Of a stretch of DNA of 64,000 bases, positions 50,539 through 62,600 are shown in pieces; within the stretch, counting starts at the first letter, position 1, and each line of letters begins with the position of its first letter. Below the pieces are notes generated by a model that did no database searches, was not told where the DNA came from, and was given only the letters and a program-made list of their open reading frames with translations. The stretch is from Azolla caroliniana (taxonomy: Eukaryota; Plantae; Polypodiophyta), in NCBI GenBank assembly GCA_043228905.1, contig JBHGNT010000002.1:4526001-4590000 (forward strand), written 5' to 3'. The position numbers and the translations under genes are program-made.

Positions 50539-50600
50539 ACACAAAGGGGGGGGAGAGAGAGAGAGTCGAGACCACAGACGTGAGAGAGAGTGGGAGGGAG
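49965..50600. repeat. Simple-repeat-rich interior of the hAT element: (GAC)n-like, (GA)n, (GAA)n
   Basis: Duplicated GAC/CAG-rich block (~50015 and ~50225) and several GA microsatellites. Confidence 0.9.
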
Positions 50601-51861
50601 AGCTTGTACAATGTATAGTATATAGTATATAGTATATAGTGGATCATCTAAGAGAGAGGGAGGGAGGTTTCTAAACCGGTTTCCAAGCCGGTTTACAAGC
50701 CGTTTACCAAACCGGTTTAGGCTAAACCGGTTTAGCCTATTTAGCCTAAACCGGTTTGTGAACCGGCTCGGCTCAGTTCGGCTCAAGTTTGAGATCCCGT
50801 AAACGGTTTAGGCTTAGCCGGTTTGGCCTGATCCAAGCCAAACCAGCTAAGCCTAAACCGAACCGTTGCCGATCCCTAGTTGAGACGTCATTTTCTATAA
50901 CAAAGGGTCGGAAACATTATGGTTTTCTTCATTAGGCTATGGTAATAGGCATTGATCGTCGAGAGTGAGTGTGTTCATGAGACTATGTTTTGTGTTGCAT
51001 TTAATGTCCCATCATGATGGTATAAACGATTTAGAGTGTGTTGCCGTGATACATGGAGAATTAATAAACTTTACTTTGGAGACTCTTGAGAGTAAAAAAA
51101 AGTGAGGAAATTACTTCCTGCTAAGAGAGTTATGGATACACATATACAATTCAAAATACTGCCCCCACATTTTGGATGATTTGTCCATGAGAAAAAATGC
51201 ATGGCCTTGAGCCTAGATTTACCATGAAGCATGCCTTATGTCGAACATTAGGGTTAGGATTAAGGAGAAGTTCAAGGAAAGATTTTAAAGCAGGAAGATG
51301 ATTAATGAAGACTGGAGTAGGATTTATGAGACTTGGAGCAAGATCAAGGAGGATTCAAGTGAGATATTAAGCATACGATAATGTTTTGGGGGTTGAATTA
51401 GTGGTAGGTATATGATTAAGGTTTGGGTGAAATTAAGTGATCGAAATTCGACTTCCAATGTAGGATTGGTAAAGTGAAGGCATGGAAGGAAATCAGACAA
51501 TACATATCTCGTGTTTACATGAAATGATGTTTAACAAATATCTCAATCATCCCACACATAAATATTTACCTTCTCATAAATGAATGCACAATTCACATAA
51601 TGTCCACCCAAAAAGAATAATAATAGTGGGAGGGTGTACTCACCTTTTGTACACAAAAATCAATGGAGTTGGATGTAAGACAAGAGATTGATTTCAGCAA
51701 ATTGGCAAGGTAGAGAACTAGGACATGTCCTATTATTTTTTTGGAAAAAAAGAAAGAAGGATAGGTCCTTTATGACGCCACTATATGTTTGTTAACATAC
51801 ATACAAATTTGATTAGGCAAGCCGCAATATATATCAAAGAAAGAGAAAGGAAGAAAGATAT

Positions 51862-52740
51862 ATTAACGTCTTCTAAGACCAAAATTTGCCCATGAGACAA
51901 TTGATTACAATAATGGGTATGTGTACCCAATCATTGAAAATAAAATTTTAAAAAACATAAATAAAAGAGTTTGAGCATGGTACAAAAGATATTGTGGGGT
52001 GTAAGTTGTAACATGTTCTATAAAGAGAGCAAGTTTTCATTGGTTGGGGGGGGGATCAAGAGAGCCCCACATGATGCCTTTAGAAAAGCTACACTAGAGC
52101 AAGAAGGGGGGGGGGGGGGGGGGGGTTGGTCAGTCATTGATCGAGAAAGCCTTGCAATGACGGCACCCAAGCAGAAAACACACTGAAGTAGCAGAGATGG
52201 GAAGGTCGAGGCGGGCGTTTCTCATTGAGGCTAGGAAGGGTGGTTGTTGCCTTGCCAAACATGGCCAAAATGGCAAGGCAAGGGTCCAAGAGACGCCAAA
52301 CATGGTCATTAGGCAAGGTAAGGGTTCGAGAGACACGAAACATAGCTAGCAGGCAAGGTGAGGGTCAGAGAGACACCAAACATGGCCATCAGGCAAGGTA
52401 AGGGTTCGAGAGACACGAAACATAGCTAGCAGGCAAGGTGAGGGTCCGAGAGACGCCAAACATGGCCATCATGCAAGGTAAGGGTCCGAGAGACACGAAA
52501 CATAGCTAGCAGGCAAGGTGAGGGTCCGAGAGACGCCAAACATGGCCATCATGCAAGGTAAGGGTCCGAGAGACACGAAACATAGCTAGCAGGCAAGGTG
52601 AGGGTTCGAGAGACGCCAAACATGGACAACAAGCTAGGCGAGGGTTCGAGAGAGAGAGAGAGAGAGAGAAGGCAGGAAACGTGACGAGGATACCGAAGGA
52701 GAAGAGCAGGAGGAGGAGGAGGAGCCGATTTGAGACCAAG
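51862..52740 (-). mobile_element. Putative non-autonomous retro-element: tandem-repeat body plus a 3' tail homologous to the LINE
   Basis: 51862-51910 matches the LINE terminus 45095-45145; no coding remnant seen; 5' boundary uncertain. Confidence 0.5.
52271..52650. repeat. Minisatellite of ~9.5 x 40-bp units alternating two variants (80-bp higher-order repeat)
   Basis: A unit aggcaaggtgagggtccgagagacgccaaacatggccatc and B unit aggcaaggtaagggttcgagagacacgaaacatagctagc alternate on an exact 40-bp register. Confidence 0.95.
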
Positions 52741-53110
52741 TTTCGATAACTATATGACGATGTGACAATGATGTGTGTGTATGTGTCTGTGTGTCTTTCT
52801 CTGTATCACTCTATCAAAAAAAAAAAAAAAAAAACTAACCAACCAAAACACACACACACACACACAAAAGAATTAAAGAAAAACAGAAGCAAATATATAT
52901 AATTCTTGTTAATTATCTGTACATGTATGTATTATATACATACTCTTCCATCATTTTTTGCTCTGTTTTCTTCATTCATTCATTCATTCATTCATTCTTT
53001 TGTTTTGGTTTTGTTATTTCCTTCTTCTTCTTCTTCTTCTTCTTCTTCTCATTTCTTGTCTCACTCTGTTTTTTTCTTCTTCTTTCTATTTCCCTTCCTC
53101 CTCCTGCTTC

Positions 53111-53310
53111 CTAAACCCTAACCCTAACACCTGTCCTCTGTCTCCTCCCCCCACATAAAAACCATGCTTTCCTCCCAACCTTAGCCCTCCTACCACGGCT
53201 CGTTCTGCTTCTCGTGTTTTCTGCTCCACAAAATTTGGGGTCCGAACCCTAACCCTAACCCTAGCCCTAACCCCAGGCCCTAACCCTAACCCCAGGCCCT
53301 AACCCTAAAG
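53111..53310. repeat. Telomere-like (CCCTAA)n repeats upstream of the PDS5-like gene
   Basis: aaaccctaaccctaac at ~53113; degenerate CCCTAA/CCCCAGG array at 53246-53309. Confidence 0.8.
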
Positions 53311-53629
53311 CATTGCGATTCAGCTCACTTGAGATTTAGTCGACTTTAGAATCCCCAGCAGCACTCCTCCATGTTTTAGAGTTTCGAAAACGAGGAAAGG
53401 AGCAGATCAGAGCAGAGCGAATTCTCGACAGGGAAAAAGAATCCATCCATTAACGTTGTTAAAAAGAAAGCAAGCGAGGAAGGGTTTTTCTTTCAAAGAA
53501 AAGGTTTTGTTTTGAGACGTTGTCTCCGCAAATCTGAGTATCAGAAGGAGAGGAGACACGAAGACAAGGGAATAGAGAGAAGAGAGTTGAGAATCACAGA
53601 GAGTTTAAAATAATAATATATATAGAGAG

Positions 53630-56600
53630 ATGGCAGAGGGCGAACTTGTACAAGGTGATCTCGTGAAGCTTTCAGATGTGGGGAAACGGTTGCTGACTAC
53701 AGCAGGATCGACTCCTCCCAAAGAATCTCTCATTGAAGATCTGAAGGTTCCATTACTTTAACTAGAATGTGCCATATATTGGGTCTAAAATTAGAGTATT
53801 TCTCTAAATTGTCATATGGCTAACGTTGGAATGTTGTTTGGAATTGAACTTTGGAATGAGATTAATGTTGGATTGTTTTTACCATTAGAATGTTGTTCTA
53901 AATTGACATTTGAGTTTAATGATCGAGACATGCAATCAATAATCCAATGCATAAGGGTTGATTTCCTTCAGCTAAAGGTGGATAAGAGAATGAACAATGT
54001 GAGAAGAATCAAAACAAATTCTAGTGTTTAGGATTTTAGCATAGCTAACATTGGCTTCATGGAGGGTAAATGGGAGACAAAACGGTGGAAGAGCTGGACA
54101 GCTGAGGTTTTTGCGACAGTTTGGGGCCTAGGCACATGGCAACTAGCATATTATAATAGAGTTGTTGCAAGTTATGTTGCATTATAATAGAGTCGACACT
54201 TCTATTCATTGCTTTTGCTAAGAACAAACCTTTCTCTGATCAAACTTCCCTTATTCAGGCAATGCATAAAAATCAGTTTTCCAGGGTGATGGTACTATCA
54301 CTCCTCATCGAACCATATGGATTGTGTAGAGGGAGAAAATTCAGACTTAATGAGTTTTTATCATCATAACTTGAAATCCACCATCTATGTGTGAAATGGT
54401 TTCTGTCCAAATGCTAAACTGCTATACTTTGTTTACTGAATGACCAGAATTCCTTCTTTCCTCAACTGTCTGATGCAATTTTGTTTTAAAGTTGTGGTTC
54501 TACTTGATACCAAATTTTATTTGGTTATCCTATCTATTTTGAGTATATGCCAATTTGCATTGCATAACCTTTCTCAGTATGATTTTGAAGCCACATTTTC
54601 TGCACATTAGGCTTTCAATCCATATTTTGAAGGAACCACGACAATCAGGTAGCTGAAATATAGATAATAGATATATATAATGATATTGATTTTACTGTAA
54701 CGTATTCCCTGCTATGACTGTTATGCAACTATATACTTACTTTCTCTAAGACTAGCGTCCTTTTATTAAAGCTTAGTGAACAGTCCAAATGCTGAAAGTA
54801 AGATTGATGTTTGGTATAGGCGAGACCACACTGAGTTTTGGATGAGGGGTAAATTTTCCTAACTTGCCTACAGATTTTGCAATTAGAAGGTTCAATATAT
54901 TTAAACTTTTTTTATTGAAATAAATAGTGCAATTATGGTTTCACTCTACTTTCTTGGTAATGTTACAAACATAATGTATTGTAGAGATTTCCTGGTAAGT
55001 ATATTCTTTGTTATTCTACTTTCTTTCTCTATGTACCCTCGCTGTATGGTAACTATCAGACTCCCATTTTGCAGTTTTTTTCTTTTTTTAGATAGCATAC
55101 TACCAATTTCCTCAGTACAAGACAAAGAAACATGCTTCCATAAGCTGTATGCCTCATTGTAGATTTAAAGAACCCCAAAAAATATTGTTAGGAATATTGA
55201 ACAATGGGTTCTAACTATAGTTTTTCTTTACGCTTCAAGACCACAACTCAGATGTGTAGAAATATCCGCTGTATGGGAATACATGATGCCGTTTTTCATG
55301 CCTGGGCTTATATTGGGGCCTAAAAAAGGAATCTACGATTTCCTGCTTGGATTTGTTTATTAATATTTCCATATATACATGTGTATGCCATATGGAAAAA
55401 GTATTCTTCTTACATGTAGTTGTTGGGTGAAAGAGAATGGCACTTAATAAATGCTGAGGTGTTTTAATATTTGTTTTGGACTTATCTTTAGATGTGATAG
55501 ATACTTCTTTTCTGAGCTTCTAGGCCGTGCCACGGTTATGTGAGTAGGGATGTTAAACCCTTTTGTCCAAGGTATGTAAGTTGAAGTTGATAATTTTGCA
55601 CAAAGTCACTCTTGTCTTGCCAAAGGTGTAGATTACACCGGTAACTTGTGTGCTTGTAAGAGGTTGGGGATGGTGTAAATTTATATGGTGTTTTTTCTGC
55701 AGAACAATGTTGTTCCGCTCTCTTGAATCTAAAATGCTTTTTATCAATTTATACATATCGTTTTCTGTTTTACTAACAGCTGTATATCAAACTGGCTAAT
55801 TAATTCTCAAAGAAGCCTCAAAAAGAATAGTTAATTTTTATCTGTTTCTGGTGCCTGTCACAATCCTTACTCAATAAAGCCACATTGTAATGTAATAAAT
55901 AGCAACTATGTACTGTGAGCACTTTGAATTATTTCTTGTCTGTATGGATTCATCCATGTTTACAACTCTGTTTTGTCTCCTGAGTAATTCTATTTTCAAA
56001 TGTACCAACTCTGCTGTTTTATTTATATGCACTTCGACAGCAAGCTTCCACACTGCTTGGTAGATTAAAACAATCATTAAGCCAACCAGATGTGCATTCA
56101 GCAGTAAAACCATCTATGGATGCACTAATAGAACCGAGCCTTCTAAAACATGAGGATGAAGATGTGCAATTGCTGGTTGCAAAGTGTGTCAGTGATATTA
56201 TGAGGATTGCTGCTCCTGATGCTCCTTTTAGTGATGAAACATTGAAGGTAGCAGCTTTGTGCATTTTATCATTTGCTGAAACTGTGGTTCCAACTGGAAG
56301 TTACATATAAGTTATTGGGGATCTCTGCTTGCTGCCACAGGAAATTTTTGAGCTGATTGTTTCCTCCTTCAAAGGGTTAAATGATAGATCAAGTCCGTAC
56401 TTTGATATAAGAGTGAACATTCTGGAAATGGTGGCGACAACTAGGTCTTGCGTTGTTATGCTGGACCTTCAGTGTGATGATCTCATTTTGGAAATGTTCA
56501 AGACTTTCTTTGAAACAGTCAGGTAATGTGTGTGGAACTTAGTGGCTAGCTTCCCATGTTTCTGTGTAAGATGTTAGTACCAAAACTGCTGTAATCTTAG

Positions 56601-59600
56601 TGTATTTGCTGAGTTTCTCAAGCAAAACATACACCATATTCTAAGATGCATCTTGCTAACAGTGAAGAACCAAATAATGTACTTGTTGCAACAAGGGCTA
56701 TTATGTGCTTGGTCTTGGACGACAGTGAGGAAATTCCACCTCAGTTATTGGAGGTGCTTTTGCAAAACGTGCTTAATGCAAAAAAGGTAAGGTGAATGTT
56801 AAACACATATATGCGTGTATTTAGCTATTATGTCTATGCAAATGTGGCATTTTGTATTTACTGTATGTCAACTGTCCCATTGAGATTGGTGGCCAGATCT
56901 GTACTAGGAAGTCAGGTGTGATCATACATATACTTGCATGACCAGATATTTGCAGAAATGTATATTCCACATGTATGGTACCATATATATTGTACCTACA
57001 TGTGTTCATGCAAATTTGAAACACAATATCTTTCTACATAGCAACATGAATACACACATACATATGGTGGTAATAACACCCTTATTGCAAATAAAAATGC
57101 CATATGGTATGTGTCATAAAAATGTACATACGTTAGTATATTATTAATCGAAAAATGTTCATGTATTTACATTTATAGACATACTATGTATTTGGCTACA
57201 TCTTATGGGGTATCTGCTCTTTGACTTGAACATACACACACGCACACACAAATTCATACATATACATGCATGTGGATTGGTTTATTCTTGTTCGTACTTC
57301 CTATCCGAGTGGTAATATATAGTCCAACCCTCATATTTGGCTACATCTTATGGGGTATCTGTTTTTTTGACTTGACATACACACACACACATGTGCATTG
57401 ATCTATACTTGTTTGTACTTCCTTGAATGCTAATATGTAATCCAAACATTATATTTCTGTATGCATGCAGAAATACTTACATCATATGCATATGCCCACT
57501 TCTATCACTGCAGAATGCCGTATATATCTTTCTGCTTCATTTATGTATGTAATGTATGCACACTATGCTTGTGTTAAACATGTACATATACTTGATGTCC
57601 AATATATGTGTGTTTATGTGCTCTCTTTCTTTTGAGTGATGCGTGAGAAATTATATGGGAATGAATGTCAGGGTGCCATAAAATCATGCTCTATACTTGC
57701 TGGTGCTGTACTGGGGCGCTGTGCTGAGAAAGTGGGCCCAGCAGTTCAGGATTTTCTTGCAGGTATTTTGGATGAGGAAGTGTCTCCAAAAAACAAGTGG
57801 CGAGAAAGCTACAATGATTTGATTTTTGCAATTTATAAGCGTGCTCCTACTCTGCTATTTGAGATTTATACCTGTGCTCCAAATCTACTTGTTCCTGTGA
57901 TACCCATGCTGATAGATGAACTTCTGGTATGCATCCCGTTGTGCTTTTATTGAGCACTGTTAGATGTTCATCTGGTTTGATTGCGTGATTGGCCTGACTG
58001 TTATGCAGATTGATCAGCTAGATGTCCGTTTGAGGGCTGTTAGGGCAGTGGGTTGGCTCTTCTCTTTAAGAAATGGGCCCTTGCCAGATGGATTCAATCG
58101 ATTACATGAGGAATATATGAAAAGATTTCAAGATGATGATGTTGCAATCCGGCTTGCTGTGGTTGAGGGTGCAAAAAAATGTCTCATTGCTGATCCCTTT
58201 GATGAAGCCATAGAATTTCTCCGTGAGAATTTCTCAATGTCCATATCCTCGTTTGAATTGCATGCTGCTGAAATATTATTTATGTAATATTGAGGTTTCT
58301 ATTGGCAGGTGAGCTTGGTAAGCGTGTGGATGATAAAGATACTCGAGTTAGATTGTCCACAATTGATGCCATATGTGAATGTGCAAATTCAAACCCAGAG
58401 TTAATATCTATAGAAGAAGGAAAAGCTAGTTTGACTGCCATGGGAGCTGCATGCATAGATGTGCTGAAGAAAGTAGCTGAGTGCTTGCAGGATACAGAGG
58501 TCAAACCTGACTTTTGAATATCTTCCTCCCTTGGTTTCCATTGTAATATTCCTATTTCTAGTGCTTACTAAGTGCATCTTAGCAGATATCCATCAGACGG
58601 CAAACACTGGAGAAGTTATCAAGCTTGTATAAGGCGTCCTGTTTAAAAGAGGTTTCAGGGTCAACTCTGGCTAGGGAATTTCTTAATTGGATTCCAGTTA
58701 AGCTGTTTGGATGTCAACAAGAGTTCAGGTTTGTTCTGCATTCTGCCATGGTTTATAGCTGTTCCAGTGTCTAATTAATGGTTATTTACTATTTTAACTG
58801 CTCTATCCAGAACACAAGACATCGATTTACTTCTTTCAGAGCAGCTATTCCCTGCAGGGTTTCCTGTGAATGAAAGAGTGAAGTGTTGGATATCATTCTT
58901 TTGTGTTTCAAGGAAGGAGGATGTTTTTTCTCTTAAATGCATTTTAGACCAGAAACAGAGGTACAGAGATTTTGTGTGTGTGACCTTAACCTTCTACTTA
59001 GTCTATTTAGAAGATGAAGTCTTATGTGGCTTTTGTCTTCTTTATGCAGATTGCAAAAAGAGATCAATAGCTATCTGCTTATTCAAGATAAGCAGAAGCT
59101 GAAGGTATGATGAACTCAATACTAGGTATGACGTGTCTTAAGATATAGGATTGATTTATGCTATCACAGGATGAAGAGAATGAGGAAAACAAGAGAGAAT
59201 TGCGGGCTTTCTCCAAAATTCTAGGACGTGCTTTTTCTGAGCCAGCAAGTGCAGAATCAGAGATTATAGAATTCTTCCTGCAGCAGAGGAATACTGAATC
59301 ACTAAAAGAGTTTGCGAAACTACTGAACCCAAGCACCACCTTTTCTGAATCGGAGTCCTTATTGGTGATTCTGGAGCAGATTTCTGCCAAATATAATCAA
59401 TTTCCATTTATCTATCATCTAACATTTTTACATTGAATTTGTTGTAGGAGGGTTTAACAAGCCAGCTTGGAGGAGGGCACATAATTAGAGTTCTTGCCAT
59501 CAAGTGTTCTTATTTGCTTTTTGGAAAAGAACACTTGCAAGCTTTACTTCAGGAAATAGACGAGTTTAGAAAATTTGGAAACGAAAAAATGCTTGAAGCC

Positions 59601-62600
59601 AGCATGGGTTTACTTGTGGTATGTGCAATGCAGTTATGATGTTATTGGAAGTATCTACTATGACATATTACTAAATTTATTTTGTGTGAATCAGTTGTTT
59701 GTGAGGCATTTTCCTAGCATTCTTGGAGGCTTAGAAGGCCGTCTCGTGGAAGTGCTCAAGGTGAATAAACAATACTTCAAGGAAAGTACTCTGGAGATTT
59801 TAGTAAAAGCGAGAGATCATTTGACAGGAGACCACATGTAAGATCATCACTAAATCGTTTGACATACCTAGAGAAAATATATGTTCTTGTGCCATATGGA
59901 TGCATTTACTTGTGGCTCTGCCTTATCCAAGTCTATTTTTCCTGAAAATGACTACTGGTTTATGCTCTCTTTACTTATTCTCATCATTAGATTTTGTCTA
60001 ATTAGGTTCCTATATGTATATTTAGGATTGTAAATATGATTCATTTACATTCTTTTTCAAAGTAAGTTTTCATATGCCTCTTGATTTCTCCAAAATGCAT
60101 CATGTAGTCTGTATGTAAAAAATCATAATAGTTAGAAGGGGCAAACTTTGAAATAACTTTGAGCTTTTCTTTATTTCTCCGAATACCGCTAAGTTTCTGT
60201 TCTTTACTGGAGTGCCACTGCTTAACTCGCAAAAGTGAGAAAAACTGAATGAATCAGCCATAAAATTGCTTAACATCACAATTCTCGAGATGGGGTTGAT
60301 ATAAATGATTTCTTCCATTTTTCATGTTGGAACTGTATTATCTATATCTAATACCTGATATTTCAGTAATATTCATGTTTTTTTGGATGCTAATTCTCTA
60401 TTATTCCAGTACATGAATGGGAATTATTCTGCTTGAAAAGCTACTGTTTGATTAGATGTATTATTGACATATGTTGTACCATTTAATAGTGCAGTATTAT
60501 TTCTGTTATTTCAGGAGGTCCTATCCATGAAATAAAATTAAGATTAGTGATACAATTAAAATTTCACCCTGTAGTTGCTATTGTAAGAACGCATACACTG
60601 TATTTTGCTTTAGATGATTTACTTTTGGTTTGCTTGTTAGGAATTCTTTGTTTCATTTTATGATTCATATGAAATTCCATCTTGTTTTCAGGTCTCTGGA
60701 TTTCTTAGGTGATCTGTGCTCTGATGGAAGCGGTAAACAAGCAAAGTATGCATTACTGGTTCTTGCTGACATTTTGGGACCAAAGGCATTTTTTTCACTA
60801 TTTATGGTAAGGTCATAATGTTGAATAGTAGTTTTAGCGTCTTTTTGCATCTCCAATTGTATCTTTTCATTTTTTTGCTAAAGACATGCCCATCTTCACT
60901 GTAGAAGTTACTGGATTGTCTTGAAACGGTTGGCAACCTTCCGACGGATGTTTTTTCTGTGTCCAACACACAAGAGGAAGGTGTTATGAATCTAATTGTC
61001 ACAAATTTCTTTAGAAAAGAAAGTGTAAGTTTCAGAGCTATAACACTATTATTATTCTAAAGTTGCATGGTGCTTTGTTATAGGTCTTTCTTTCCTTTAA
61101 CTTATTTCAATGTGATGTAGGGTTCTGCAAGTGATGAGGAAACCGACAATGACAGTGTCACCAAAAAGACTAGGCTGAAGGTACTAAATATAGCTAAGTA
61201 TTACAATGTAATCTATTTCCATCTATAAACATGACACTTACGTGGATTCGAGAGACATGAAGATGCTTTTCTCTGAATGTTGCTCCTGAGCTTGGTGCAA
61301 ATGATATAATCCATGCTCCATTGATATTTGACAGATTTTTGGACTGAAGGCACTTGTTAGAGTTTTTTGTTCTGTTACTGATATAGAGAGTTTTAAAAAG
61401 CTGTCTGAAGTCCTGTCGAAGTTTCTCAATAATAGGGAACCTTCAAATGACAAGGAATCAAGGTAAGATGGAAGTATCTATACACATCTTTTGTTACCTC
61501 AAATTTTCTCAATTGACAAACAAACCTCATTATTTTATTGGTGTGTGCTCATGCAATGTTTGATTTTCAGCCAAATAGACAATGATCATCTACAGTTAGC
61601 AGCTGCCAATGCAGTATTGCATTTGTCAAAGTCATATGAGGCAGACATTTCGCCCCAGTTGTTCACCTCTACTGTCTTATGTGCTAGAGTAAAACATTTT
61701 TATGATACCTTCTATATTGTATTCAATAAATGTTGATTGAGGATGGATCTCAGATTTGGTAATGTGTTTTACAGCATTCTTCTGTCTATGTGAGAGACCA
61801 ATTTTTTATGAAGCTTCACAAACTCTCAGAGCAGGGTTTGGTCAGCCACATGTATGGTTGTTCCTTCGTTTTGGGCATTGGAGGAGATCAAAATGAGTTT
61901 CCAGAAGTAAGAACACGACAAGATATATATATTTATAGAGAGACGGCACTACACTGTTAACATAAACCCCAATATGACTTCAACCTTTTTATGTAGGTAA
62001 TGCGCCATTTATCTGATTTTATGGAAAGATCACACCATCAAGCATGGCTATTGAAGGCACATATTTCAGAGCACTCAAAAGCACCCTTAGTAACATATTC
62101 CCCTGAATATCTCCTTTTTTATCTTGTTCATACAATTGCCCAAGAGAGTGAAGGAGGTCCAGGTGTAGAATTTGTGCAGCGTGCTTTCAAGTAAGACTAC
62201 ATATGACTTTGGGAAAACCCATATAATAGCTATTTGTTTAATGATCAGATTGTAAATAATGATTTCTTCTCAGGCAATTATCTCTCTTTATTTCGGCATT
62301 GCTTAATCAGTATGATCAAAACGAACGAGAGAAAAAAGAGAAAACTGGCTTGATTCTTGATATCTTCCGTAAAATGAAGAATGCAGAAGATGTCATTGAC
62401 AACTCAAAGACAGAGGTAATGATCACTTTCAAAACTTGAAATTTCAGAATAGCTTTCTGTAATACAACACCTATCTGCTTTTACTTTTCACTATGCTTTA
62501 TCTGTTCTTTTTATGCTATCAGAACACTTACATCCTCTGTGATATTGGTATCGCGATAACCAAAGAAGTTTCTGAGATGCTAGTTAGCCCGGTAGAAGAT

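Larger units (their letters stand above)
45023..50878. mobile_element. Non-autonomous hAT-type DNA transposon interrupted by a LINE
   Basis: Perfect 16-bp TIRs TAGGGATCGGCAACGG (45023-45038) and CCGTTGCCGATCCCTA (50863-50878); 8-bp TSD CTTGAGAC/GTTGAGAC (7/8); dense subterminal AAACCG/CGGTTT motifs at 50670-50860; no transposase ORF. Confidence 0.9.

Noticed and set aside
49931-50786. SL/ER/poly-R ORFs
   Set aside because: Translations of GA, GAA and GAC simple repeats inside the hAT element.
52105-52126. Long G homopolymer
   Set aside because: Length is unreliable in assemblies and there is no independent evidence of function; treated as part of the candidate element.
52271-52650. Regular array with a superficial CRISPR-like look
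   Set aside because: Units are contiguous tandem repeats with no unique spacers, no cas genes, and a eukaryotic context.
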